A stretch of 64,000 nt of DNA from Octopus sinensis (lineage: Eukaryota): NCBI RefSeq assembly GCF_006345805.1, contig NC_042998.1:23374001-23438000 (forward strand), given 5' to 3'. Position 1 is the stretch's first letter; every line of letters begins with the position of its first letter. The translations under genes were made by a program, and so were the position numbers. The notes beneath the pieces were generated by a model. The model had not been told where the DNA came from, ran no database searches, and was given only the letters and a program-made list of their open reading frames with translations. Shown one piece after another: positions 50,800 through 62,969 of this stretch.

Positions 50800-51206
50800 A
50801 GGCGTAGGAGTGGGTGTGTGGTAAGTAGCTTGTTTACCAACCACATGGTTCCGGGTTCAGTCCCTCTGCGTGGCACCTTGGGCAAGTGTCTTCTACTATA
50901 GCCTCGGGCCGACCAAAGCCTTGTGAGTGGATTTGGTAGACGGAAACTGAAAGAAGCCCGTCGTATATATGTATATATATATATGTATGTGTGTGTATAT
51001 GTTTGTGTGTCTGTGTTTGTCCCCTGCCCCAACATCGCTTGACAACCGATGCTGGTGTGTTTACGTCCCCGTAACGGTTCGGCAAAAGAAACAGATATAA
51101 TAAGTACTAGGCTTACAAAGAATAAGTCCTGGGGTGAATTTGTTCAACTAAAGGCAGTGCTGCAGCATGGCCACAGTTACATGACTGAAAAAAGTAAAAG
51201 AGTAAG
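50800..51206 (+). mobile_element. SINE family B, full length
   Basis: Matches family B; CpG-rich. Confidence 0.88.
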
Positions 51207-52116
51207 AGTAACTATTATTGAAAAAAAATTAGTTTATGAAGAATAAAAAAAGAAAGATAAACGAACGAAATATCTGGTAATCAGTTGGAATTTTCTCAAA
51301 TATATTCTTAAATAAAGATCATAAAAATAGATTTCTAAATTATAACGAAATCGTCGCTTCTCGGTCCATTTTCTAAGAGTGAAGCAGAATATTCTTAAAG
51401 CCGCTTCTCTACTTTAAGCTGAATAGTTTAAAGGGAGATAACTACAACCAGCGTATGCTGTGACTAGATTTTACAAAACTTCGTCAAGCCAACAAAAGCC
51501 AATAAAGTTACTTTTACATGTCAGCAGAGTTTTTCTAGAAATACCGATCAAATTTCACTGAAATCATATTCTGTCTTCTTAAAAAAGGACACATTAGATA
51601 ATATAAATAAATATACACACTATTATTACGAAAAAGATGAATGGTTATTGCTAAAACAGATCTGGTCATAAGATCTACTCAATCAAAGCTGATCTAGTAC
51701 TTAGAAGCAACGATAAATAATTTTAACCTTTTGCTTCTTTTTTAGTATTTTATTTTATTTTATTTTATTTTCAAATGACTGAATTACATCGAGCAAATAT
51801 GAATAATATCTACAGCGGAAATCTATCATATGCATTAAAAAAATGTTATCACTCAAGCCATTAGTTCAATAGTAATCTCTCGATCAACGTGATAAGTAAA
51901 GACTTGAAACTTGAAGTTTGTTGGAATTATTCAGTGTAACGAGAGATCCTCTTACGTGTTTGCATATATATATATATATATATATATGTAAACGGCAAAA
52001 TATGATTTTAAGGAGATTTAGCTGATATTTCTAACAGGGTTTGCGAACACGTAAGAGGATCTCTTATATACCTATATATATATAGGTATGTGTGTGTGGT
52101 GTGTGTGTGTGTGTGT

Positions 52117-52345
52117 GGAGGCGCGTGGATTAGTGGTTAGGGTGTCAGCATCATGATCGTAACATTGTGGTTTCGATTCCTGGACCAGGCGACGCGTTGG
52201 GTTCTTGAGCAAAACACTTCATTTCATGTTGCTCCAGTCCACTTAGCTGGCAAAAATGATGGACTGGCGTCCCGTCCAGCTGGGGAACACATACGCCATA
52301 GAAACCGGGCCCATGAGCCTGGTTAGGCTTTAAAAGGGTGCATTT
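52117..52345 (+). mobile_element. SINE with A-prime head and body and tail X
   Basis: ggaggcgcgtgg head, cttgagcaaaacactt body, ggactggcgtcccgtccag tail shared with the 13174 element. Confidence 0.8.
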
Positions 52346-52360
52346 ATTTTTATTATATAT

Positions 52361-52404
<44 letters not shown>

Positions 52405-53385
52405 AAGGGTAAAATATGATTTTAAGGGGATTTAGCTGATATTTCTTATATATATATGTGTATATATAAACACTGAACAATGTTCTAAATTTGAATATGT
52501 ACATAGTCTTGACTGAAAATGCTTTTGATCAATAGGTTTGCTCGATCAAATGTTTTTTGGGGCCAAACAATTTGAAACAGTGTGTAACGAGGAGTTTCAG
52601 CTTGACTTTTTTAATCTCAAAATATTTAACTGAAGGAGAAATATCAAATGGATCGAAGTCAGTAAAATACTGATATTTTTTTAAAGACTTTTCCTAACAG
52701 AAAAAGAGGAAAGTTGACCTCTGTCAGAATCGAATGATAATCTAGGTTAAAAAAAAAAAAAAAATCAAAACATTGAGCCAGTCCTCATTTTTACCGTTAG
52801 ATTATTATGTAATGTTGGTGATGTCTTTCTCTGGTGGACTTTAGAGTTGTATGTGAATTGAAAGAGCATTCGAATTACGTCAAAATCTCGGCTCTCCCAT
52901 ATCTTGCTTGTAAAGAGATAGATTATCTCTGGTATCACTTTATTTACGTTATTTATGACAGGGGAGAAATATAAATCTGGACGTAACAAATGATAAGTTT
53001 TAAGTAGATATAATGATTAATTTCACGAGTAAAACAAAACAAATCTATATTGTGGTCCTTTGAAGGTAATGATAAAAAAAAAATGAAGAACCTTCCCCAT
53101 AAAATAGCACTCAAATGAAAAGGCAAAGAAAGACGGGGTAGTCAAGGATAGAAAGACTTTGATGATAGATCTGTTCAATCAATATTGACCTGGGGTTAAG
53201 CAACAGCAACAATTAGATAAAACAAAAAGGAAAGAAAGAATTTTTTTTAATTTGGTGCCATGTTACTAATTATTGAAGTGAGAATTATATGTAACTAGTG
53301 CATATATAGTTAATACTTCTTTTGCTTATCAAGCTCCGAAGGCTTAAGAGAAAAGTCTAGCTTAGAGAGATTTGAACTCAGGACA

Positions 53386-53780
53386 TCTCTCTCTATATAA
53401 AGCTGAAGTTGTCTGTGTATGGCAGGTTTGGTAGCCTTCAACTAACACTATCTCCTCCGAGACCCTGCAGCGCAAGTTGACCAAAATTGAGAATATGATG
53501 GAAGAAGGCTTGCTCTTCCTTCCGTAGAAGATAAAATTCAAATCGGACCATGTTAACACCAATAATTATTTACATCAAAAAGGTGCTTTTTTTTTCTATG
53601 AAAATCCCTATTTTTTACGATTTTCTTTTACTGCTGTGTCGCCATTTTTCGGTGTATTTCAATCAGAAAAATGTTGACTTAAAGAGAATAACAAGCTACA
53701 TAATGCAAGATTTTTACTGTTCAAAAATTCCAATTCTAAAGGGTCGAAACAAACCGAGCAACGCCGGCCGATACTGCTAA
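53386..53780 (+). mobile_element. Non-autonomous Helitron H1
   Basis: A|TC ... CTAA|T ends; homologous to the 10581 copy. Confidence 0.85.
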
Positions 53781-54116
53781 TAATTAGATAAAACAGAAAG
53801 GAAAGAAATAAAATTCTTTAACTTGGTGCCATGTTACTAATTATTGAAGTGAGAATTATATATAACTAATGCATATATAGTTAATACTTCTTTTGCTTAT
53901 CAAGCTCCGAAGGCTAAAGAGAAAAGTCTAGCTTAGAGAGATTTGAACTCAGGGCATAATGTTATATAGCAAAAATTCATTTGGATCAGTTCTCTGCTAT
54001 GTCTGCCACCAATATTCAGTAAAGGATAAAAGTTGCTTATGCAAGGGAGATAAATCAAATATTACTGCTGAAGCAGCTGTGTTTCTAACATTTTTGGTAA
54101 AATCCAGCACTTTATT

Positions 54117-54514
54117 CTCTTTTACTTGTTTCAGTCATTTGACTGTGGCCATGCTGGAGCATCGCCTTTAGTCGAGCAGATCGACCCCAGGACTTATTCT
54201 TTGTAAGCCTAGTACTTATTCTATCGGTCTCTTTTGCCGAACCGCTAAGTTACGGGGACGTAAACACACCAGCATCAGTTGTCAAGCGATGTTGGGGGGG
54301 GGGGACAAACACAAATACACAAACATATACACACATATATAAACATACATGCGACGGGCTTCTTTCAGTTTCCGTCTACCAAATCCACTCACAAGGCTTT
54401 GGCCGGCCCGAGGATATAGTAGAAGACACTTGTCCAAGGTGCTACGCAGTGGAACTGAACCCGGAACCATGTGGTTTGTAAGCAAGCTACTTACTACACA
54501 GTCACTCCTACACC
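54117..54514 (-). mobile_element. SINE family B, full length
   Basis: Reverse complement of family B. Confidence 0.88.
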
Positions 54515-54898
54515 TTTTTCTTTTTTTTTTTTGCATTTCTTCAACATATTACAATCACATGCATAATATAAGAAATTATAAATAATAAATGAGATGACTC
54601 AAAATTAATTTTTTTTTAAAGCAGATGAGCAAAATCTTAATACTCGAAAGAATACTCGAATTATTGAAACTAAATATTCTTCATTAAAATTTCATTACAA
54701 TTACTTCGCGTTGACTAAGCACAGTCTTCTGTTTTTATGGAGTGTAGAAACAATGCGAACATCGGGAAATCAAAATACTCGATAAAAGTGGTAACTTGTG
54801 TGTGTGTGTGTGGTTGGGGGAGGGGAAATTCAAAGCTTATGACTCACCTTGTTAAACAGGCTAAAACAGAAAATTAATATTAGCCTCGAGTAGCTTAG

Positions 54899-55272
54899 GG
54901 ATCTTTTCCTTTTGAACGGCACATGTCAACACAATTTCTAGTTAACTAAACACTTTAAAACTTCGTATACTGGTAGTATGTGTCAAAATAAAACATTTTT
55001 TCTCTTGGCTTTCTTGATAAAATTGTAATTCGTTTGTTTAACGTAGTTGTTTTAGTTTTAGAAGCAGCAAATGATTTTAGCTCAATTAGAGGCGATTCAT
55101 TGGTTAAAATTCGAAAAATTAAACTACGTTAAACAAACGAATTACAATTTTATCAAGAAAGCCAAGAGAAAAAAATGTTTTATTTTGACACATTCTACCA
55201 GTATACGAAGTTTTAAAGTGCTTATTTAACTAGAAATTATGTTGACATGTGCCGTTCAAAAGGAAAAGATCC
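54899..55272. mobile_element. Fold-back MITE with ~140-bp TIRs and an 8-bp TSD (Merlin-like)
   Basis: GGATCTTTTCC...GGAAAAGATCC; perfect TSD TAGCTTAG at 54891-54898 and 55273-55280. Confidence 0.85.
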
Positions 55273-56449
55273 TAGCTTAGTGATTAGGGACGTTAAGTTC
55301 ATGATCGTTAGATCGAGTGGTGACTCAAGCATTTCAATTCCCGTTGCGATCGGCTGAAAATGAGCACCCGTGGCACCCTAATAATAAAGTCGTGTTCAGA
55401 GGTGGGGAGGTGTCTTGTACACTTAGCCTAGATGCCTCTTCTTTCTTTCATCACACACACACGTAAACCTAAAAGGGAAATGAAAATTAACTTTTCGTTC
55501 TAATCAGTGTAACAAAAAATTTCGAAAATAATGTCATTTTACCTAGAAGCAAAAAAAAAAAAAAAAAACATCCCTGCTTTGGGTGGAATCGGTGTTAGAA
55601 GCTTTTACTTTTGCTAAAAATTTCACTTTCGATGAGTCGAAAACTTGAATTCCCGCCATTCATTCTAATGAAGCTAATACGAATTATGATATTGCAGAAA
55701 ACATTAGCAGCGTACTGATGTGCCCTCTCTTAACCCATTAAATGCCAAATTTTTTTATTCATATTTTTGGGCTTTGCCAGGTGTCCTAGGAGTTAAAATA
55801 ATATATGATATTTAAATTTTCCTCATATGTGAATTATTTTGGAAATTATGATAAATTCTTCGGTAAGTCCCAAATGGGGATCGCATATTTATCCTTTTCT
55901 ATTCTGTGTGCGTAACTACGTTTTCGGCGTAACCCTAACCTGAACCCTAACCGCAACACTAAACGCGGGTGTGCGTATTCTTTACCTTCGCCTTTGGTCC
56001 CCACATCGTTTGACAAGTGCTGGGTTTTTTTTACGCTTTCGTAACTAGCGGTTCGACAGAGGTCGATTTGTTTGACTAAATACTTCAAGTCAGTGTCTCG
56101 GCATGGTCGCAGTCCAATAACTGAAGCAGGTAAAAGGAAAGTAACACACACACACACACACGGTACGCGATAATAATTGGTTAAATTGGCACTGGTTAAA
56201 AAGGCGCCAAATGCGAAATAGTGGCTCAACAAATTAAAAGTAATTGATCTTATTCAAGTAATTATGAATCAATTAATCTTAATAATACTAAGAGCTTTAA
56301 CTACCTCACTTTGTTCAAGCTAAATTCAATTACGTTTTATTTTGTTGTGCTTTTATTTCACATTTTTTTTTTTACCATTTGTGCCTTTTCATCTCCACCA
56401 TGATTTTTTCCCTCTACCTTAATAGTAATAATCCTGTCTCCTAAAGAAA

Positions 56450-56625
56450 CGAGACCTGAAATTTTGGAAGAGGGGGAAGAGTCAATTACGTCGGTCCCAG
56501 TACTTAACTAATACTTATTTTACCAACTTCAAAAGGAAGAAAGACGAAGTCGCCCTTGGCGGAATTTGAACCCAGAACGTAAAGAATTTTGCCCAGCGTG
56601 CTAACGATTCTACCAGCTCACCGCC
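56450..56625 (-). mobile_element. Family C SINE monomer (short tail)
   Basis: Reverse complement of family C. Confidence 0.75.
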
Positions 56626-56819
56626 TTATATATACCATTATGAATCCAGGTAAAAAAAAGTTACAGGGAAGAAAGTCCCGGGGAAAAAAGTCACAGGGGT
56701 TTTGTCCGGATCCCATAAAATAATTGTGACTTTTTCCTAGCCAAAATTGTGACGTTATTACTTTGACCCCCCCCCCATGACGTTATTACAGGACACCGTC
56801 ATGATTACTTTCATTCAAA

Positions 56820-57214
56820 GGCGGCGAGCTGGCAGAATGGTAAGTAGGTTGGACGAAATGCTTAGCGGTAGTTCGTCTGCCGTTACGTTCTGAGTTCAAA
56901 TTCCGCCGAGGTCGACTTTGCCTTTCATCCTTTCGGGGTCGATTAAATAAATACTAGTTACGCACTGGGGTCGATGTAATCGACTTAATCCGTTTACCAG
57001 TCCTTGTTTGTCCCCTCTGTGTTTAGCCCCTTGTGGGTAGTAAAGAAATAGGTATTTCGCCCGTCGTTACGTTCTGAGTTCAAATTCCGCCGAGGTCGAC
57101 TTTGCCTTTCCTCCTTTCAGGATCGATAAATTAAGAACCAGTTTTGTACTGGGATCGATCAAATTGACTGGCACCTCCCCCCAAATTTCAGGCCTTGTGC
57201 CTATAATAGAAAAG
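56820..57214 (+). mobile_element. Family C SINE dimer with 19-bp TSD
   Basis: TSD ATGATTACTTTCATTCAAA at 56801-56819 and 57215-57233. Confidence 0.92.
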
Positions 57215-58559
57215 ATGATTACTTTCATTCAAACACACATAAACATAATTTTTGCCCTTTAGCCGTTCATCCACTTTCATTTAGCTGAAGAATCAAGATG
57301 AGATGGTCATTCTAGGCATGACCATCCATCTTATACCCAAACAGTTATCTAGAACAGTATTAATGTTTTTCGTTTTAGTATGAAACTTTATTTGAGGGAG
57401 ATTTAGGTGCCATTTCAACTAGGTCAAACATCCACGACGAAGCTTCCTCATTGGCTAGTTTCGTTTCGATGAAATGGCTTAAGAAGTCGTTACGGATTGA
57501 ATTTAGACTTGCTGCATCAACTACATCCGAGAGTAAAATAAAATTACATAGAAGAGATTTCTTTTTATCGTTAATCATCGATTTCTTTTGATCAGAAACA
57601 AAGCCATGGTAATTTTTAGAGGAGTGGTTACAGTCGATTAAATCGATTCTCTATATTTATATCGATCCCGGAGAGAGGGTGGGTACAAGACGAAGTTTAG
57701 TTTGCATCCATTTTTAACTGAAAACTAAACGGGATGAAATACTGAAATACATTTTCTCTTCATCCTCGTTGTCTGATCATTAGCGATATATATACTGAGC
57801 CAACAACCCGCTTTCGAGTCTCGTATTTGCCGCTAATGATCTTAACGCTTGCTTTTAGTTTTCTACAACTCTCAGATGTCATGACAATGCATGAAATAAT
57901 TATCAAGAACTTAAGGTTAGCAAAAACATTTGCTGACCTTAATCCATGACATGGTTGTGATCCTCATTTAACTTTATCTGTAGAGAAAAAGAAAAAAAAA
58001 ACCCACTTCACTTCACGCAAATATATTCGCCGTCCTCAACAAATTTATGGTTTTGTCCCATCTTTATGTAGTAAATCAATTTTATCACTTGTAACAGAGC
58101 CATTCCATAATTCATGCTTCGTCGAGTCAATACGTCTCGCTGACACTGGTCCGGTCCAATTCACCGCTATAAACAGCAGGATTATTTCATAATTGAAGAA
58201 TGCTGTGATTTAAAGTCCAACTGGGCGCGCGTGTGAGTGAGAGAGAGAGAGATTTAGACTGTTGTTGTTCTTGTCATGAACGGTAGATGGTTAGATTGAA
58301 ATAGAATTGAATCTCAATTATACATCAATCGGTTTTCCGTTATGTCTGAAATATGGATTTCTTTAAAATAGACTAAGGGTTACAAGTACTATAATGAAAA
58401 AAAAATCCTAAAATTTTTGGCTAACATGCAGTTTACTGTCATCAAAAAGTGAAAATAAACTGTCCTTAAAAGTGAAAGTAAATTGAGTTAAGAAAGTTGA
58501 AGCGATGACAGTGACATACCATAATTTAATAAAACGCGTTTGATATCCAATGGGTAGGC

Positions 58560-58778
58560 CAGTGCTTTTCAAACTTTTTGCTGGAGCGGAACCCCAAGGA
58601 AACATTCCACTGGCTCGAGGAACTCTTGTGCAATAATTCAATAGTCTTATGCACACATATCTGCACAGGAGAATTAAAAATTACTGCCGATTTTAGCAGT
58701 TTTGTAACTTCTTGCGGAACCCCTGCACTGTACTGGCGGAACCCTAAGGTTCCGCGGAACCATGGTTGAAAACCACTG
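58560..58778 (-). mobile_element. hAT-type MITE
   Basis: CAGTG...CACTG ends; perfect TSD GGGTAGGC at 58552-58559 and 58779-58786. Confidence 0.9.
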
Positions 58779-58786
58779 GGGTAGGC

Positions 58787-59040
58787 AACAGACGTAGGTC
58801 AATCTTTCGCTGAATTTCGCTGATCCAAACGGTGACAACATCCATACACATGCTTTTAAGAAGGCGTTGGATGCTCGCCAAGAAGAAACTTAGGCGGCGA
58901 TGTGGGATTAGTAATGATCTATTTACATCGTATCTCCATGAGCATGTGTGGCGAAATAAATTTCGAGATCGTGGAAAACTATTAACGAATCTAATTTCGT
59001 GCATCAGTGGCTTATGCTTTCCTGTAAAAGCGATTGTTTT
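58787..59040 (+). pseudogene. Decayed Merlin/IS1595-like DDE transposase C-terminus
   Basis: VNLSLNFADPNGDNIHTHAF, then a frameshift, then RRWMLAKKKLRRRCGISNDLFTSYLHEHVWRNKF. This resembles the VNHS..F.DP..G.HT ... W...K.KLR..G....F.SYL.E..WR pattern. Confidence 0.75.
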
Positions 59041-59057
59041 CATATTATATACAATAT

Positions 59058-59264
59058 GGCGATCTTTCGGTACAAGTACAAAATCTGCCAATTATAAACC
59101 CACGTGGGTTTATTTACATTTCTGAAGAAAAAAGAAACCCTTTTCCCCCACCCCTAACCCTAATCCCACATTTATAAAAAAAAAAACTTTACGGAAAGTG
59201 ACGATCTTCTTCGAATGTAAACAAACAGACTTGATAGTTATGGTACTTGTACCGAAAGATCGCC
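59058..59264. mobile_element. GG-terminated inverted-repeat element (22-bp perfect IR)
   Basis: ggcgatctttcggtacaagtac (59058-59079) and gtacttgtaccgaaagatcgcc (59243-59264); no TSD found. Confidence 0.7.
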
Positions 59265-59720
59265 TAAAAGATATATACTGGTTACATGAAATTATGGGAT
59301 GTCCTTCCGGTTTCTATCACAACATACCTTCATTTTTTAAGGACTATGCTAACCAAATATTTTAGTTCTCGTTTTTTCCAACCGTTGTAGAATGAGATGC
59401 AAATTTTATGCCATCTTTGAAAGATGAAACAGAATACTGTAAGACACGAGTGTTTTTTTTGTTTTTCCTGCCAACCTTCTCTTCTTTTAATTTGTGAACT
59501 ACAAAAAGAAATACGTAAGGCATTCTTTTTTGTCAAGGCCGTATATTTTGAGGGAGAGGAGATAAGTTTAAAATGCACGTTTTATGAAGTGACTTTGCTA
59601 CAACCAAGAACTGAAATTGGTATCCGCTTGTCTGAAGCATACTTTTTTAAAGGTGTTTTGCCACTTTTAAACGAATTACGAGCAATCCTTTGGTGTTGAC
59701 AGACGACGTCATTCACCCAC

Positions 59721-60105
59721 GTGGAGGCGCAATGGCCCAGTGGTTAGGGCAGCGGACTCGCGGTCGTAGGATCGCGGTTTCGATTCCCAGACCGGGCGTT
59801 GTGAGTGTTTATTGAGCGAAAACACATATAAGCTCCACGAGGCTCCGGCAGGGGATGGTGGTGATCCCTGCTGTACTCTTTCACCACAACTTTCTCTCAC
59901 TCTTACTTCCTGTTTCTGTTGTACCTGTATTTCAAGGGGCCGGCCTTGTCACTCTCTGTGTCACGCTGAATATCCCCGAGAACTACGTTACGGGTGCACG
60001 TGTCTGTGGAGTGCTCAGCCACTTACACGTTAATTTCACGAGCAGGCTGTTCCGTTGATTCGGATCAACCGGAACCCTCATCGTCGTAACCGACGGAGTG
60101 CTTCC
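59721..60105 (+). mobile_element. SINE family A with 11-bp TSD
   Basis: TSD CATTCACCCAC at 59710-59720 and 60106-60116; nearly CpG-intact. Confidence 0.92.
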
Positions 60106-60144
60106 CATTCACCCACACGACCTTCCCTCATGACATAGATATAG

Positions 60145-60320
60145 GCTGTGCTGTTACGTCCTAAGTTCAAATTCCGCCGAGGTCGACTTTGCCTTTCATC
60201 CTTTCGGGGTCGATTAAATAAGTACCAGTTACGCACTGGGGTCGATATAATCGACTTAATCCGTTTGTCTGTCCTTGTTTGTCCTCTCTGTGTGTTTGTT
60301 GCCCCTTGTGGGCAGTAAAG
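60145..60320 (+). mobile_element. Headless family C unit
   Basis: gttacgtcctaagttcaaattccgccgaggtcgac through to gtgggcagtaaag. Confidence 0.8.
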
Positions 60321-60626
60321 ATTTATGATGTCTCTCTTCATACTGACATTCTGGAGACGAACACCGAAGGATCGCCGAATTACATATTATTGTATTTTAA
60401 TAAAGTTGGGAATTAGAATTCGATTCCTGTCAACGGTGTATCGGCCTCAGTACATGACTAGGAAGTCTTTCCCATGACTGGTTCTTTACTTTATCGATGT
60501 TGGAAAGATGAAAGGCGAAATTAATCTCAGAACTTAAAAGAGACCAGATCGTAAATGGCATTTTGGCCAACGTCCTAACGATTCTGCCAATATAGTCATG
60601 GTAGATATTTTCCTTTGTTATATGCA

Positions 60627-61022
60627 CGAGGCAGTATTGCCCGGCGTTGCTCGGGTTTGTTTCGACCCTTTAGAATTGGAATTTTTGAAAAGTAAAAACT
60701 TAGCATTATGTAGCTTGTTATTCTCTTTAAGTGAACATTTTTCTTGTTGAAAATACACCGAAAAATGACGACACAGTAGTCAAAAAATCGTAAAAAATAG
60801 GGATTTTCATAGAAAATAAGCACCTTTTTGATGTTAATAATTTTTGGTGTTAACATGGTCCGATTTGAATTTTGTCTTCCACGGAAGGAAGAGCAAACCT
60901 TCTTCTATCATACTCTCAATTTTGGTCAACTTGCGCCGCAGAGTGTCGGAGGAGATAGTGTTAGTTGAAGGCTTCCAAACCTGCCATATACAGACAACTT
61001 CAGCTTTATATATAGAGAGAGA
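60627..61022 (-). mobile_element. Non-autonomous Helitron H1
   Basis: Reverse complement of the 10581 copy; the 3' CTAG is altered. Confidence 0.82.
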
Positions 61023-61069
61023 TTGAGTATCTGTCTGTTAGTTCTACTTTGGTAGATCAATGGCATGGG

Positions 61070-61208
61070 GATTGCCTTTCATCCTTTCGGGGTCGATAAA
61101 TTAAGCACCAGTTACGCACTGGGGTCGATGTAATCGACTTAATACCTATGTCTGTCCTTGTTTGTCCCCTCTATGTTTAGCCCCTTGTGGGTAATAAAGA
61201 AATAGGTA
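61070..61208 (+). mobile_element. Family C 3' fragment ending at the unit junction
   Basis: Ends taaagaaataGGTAT. Confidence 0.75.
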
Positions 61209-61845
61209 TGCGGAAATATGGTGTTTTTTTGGTCAGTATTGAATCTTCCATATTACAGTCAACGTTCTGCGCGAGGCCTTTCTATTTCAGTTTGCATCAA
61301 TGTGGCCTACGACTTAAAAGGTGATAGGAAATTTGTCAGTACTTACATATGACAGGAAAAGCCATTTTTGTATGGTAAAATCATCTGAGCTTTGAGTTGA
61401 CATTGATGCGGTTTAGCCCCAAGGCAACACCGATGGAGCGAACTTACGATCAAAAGTATTTCTCTTATGATTGTCCCCGTCTTTTTAGGGATATGAAGTA
61501 ATACATAATTTAATGTGCACTTTGATTAAAATTGCATTGTATGATTTGAATAAGGTTTGGCTGCTGTTTCTAGTAAGGCATGTGACTACGTTAAAGCGTT
61601 CTCATTGGCTATAGGTTTCTGACCCTCATGAATTTGTTTTTACCTATTTCGCGTATGTGTGTGTGTATGTGTGTGTGTGTATACATGTGTGTGTACGTGT
61701 GTGTGTGTGTACGTGTGTGTGTACGTGTGTGTGTACGTGTGTGTGTGTGTGGGTGCGTGCATTTATGCATATTACTGCCAGAGGTGTATATCGCTTTCTG
61801 TTTGAAAAATATGGATCTTTTCTGTTTCAAAGATCCCAAAATATT

Positions 61846-62250
61846 CTTTTCTTTTCTACTCCAGGCACAAGGCCCGAAAGTTTTTGTAGGGAGGGGGCCA
61901 GTCGATTATATCAATATCAGTGCGTAACTGGTACTTATTTAATCGACCCCGAAAGGATGAAAGGTAAAGTCGACCTCGGCGGAATTTGAACTCAGAACGT
62001 AACGACAGACGAAATACCTATTTCTTTACTACCCACAAGGGGTTAAATACAGAGAGGACAAAGAAGAGCAGACAAACGGATTAAGTCCATTACATCGATC
62101 CCAGTGCGTAACTGGTACTTAATTTATCGACCCTGAAAGAATGAAAAGCAAAGTCGACCTCAGCGGAATTTGAACTCAGAACGTAAAGGCAGACGAAATA
62201 CGGCTATGCATTTCGTCCGGCGTGCTAACGTTTCTGCCAGCTCGCCGCCC
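61846..62250 (-). mobile_element. Family C SINE dimer with 17-bp TSD
   Basis: TSD AAAGATCC(C/A)AAAATATT at 61829-61845 and 62252-62268; internal period 184 bp. Confidence 0.9.
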
Positions 62251-62969
62251 TAAAGATCCAAAAATATTGCCTGATATGGCAAGTTCGAGATGATTATAAT
62301 TTAATGATTAGACCTAATAACACTGAAACTCGTCAATAAAAAAATATTTTCTGTAAAAATAATCCTTGATTTCTTGAAACTGAGTATCAAACGGGTTTAA
62401 AAGAATAAGTTTCCTTAGAGAATCGTTTTAAAATGTCTCTCTTTTTTCCCTTTTTCACCATATAAAAAGGTTATTTCAGTTCACTAATCAGATTTCTACG
62501 TATGTCATTCAGTGCAATACCATTTACCTGAGACTTGGTCTTGCAAAAATGTCGGATGTCTTCAATGGAAGCAGATTATTCAGATTATGTTTTAAGCTTA
62601 CATATTGTCATAACGATCCAGCCAGCTCCGAAAGTATTGTTACAGAACGTATTTTTTTTCTTTCGGAAATGGACTTGCTTTGTAAGTGACTTGATCCGAG
62701 ATCGTAAATGGAAAATGGAATTTGTTGTAGAAGGCTTATGTTAGCCATTTGAAGCAAACTTACAATTTCATTCACGTTTGTTTTATCTTTTGATTGCATA
62801 ATGTGCCAAAGTTTCATTATCCGTCTAACGACCGAGTCACAGACACAATTTTACTGCATCATTACGACAGAGACCAGGTCGTAAATGTAAAATGAGGATA
62901 TTTTGCATCTAGTGATTTGGAAATACTATCAAGAAATATAACAAAAGTGAATGTAGCGATATACGTATA

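Noticed and set aside
55925-55955. Interstitial telomere (CCCTAA)
   Set aside because: Only 2-3 imperfect units, inside a dispersed inverted-repeat element.
58150-58260. CCAAT plus TATAAA promoter-like arrangement
   Set aside because: Short motifs are expected by chance in AT-rich DNA, and no downstream exon was identified.
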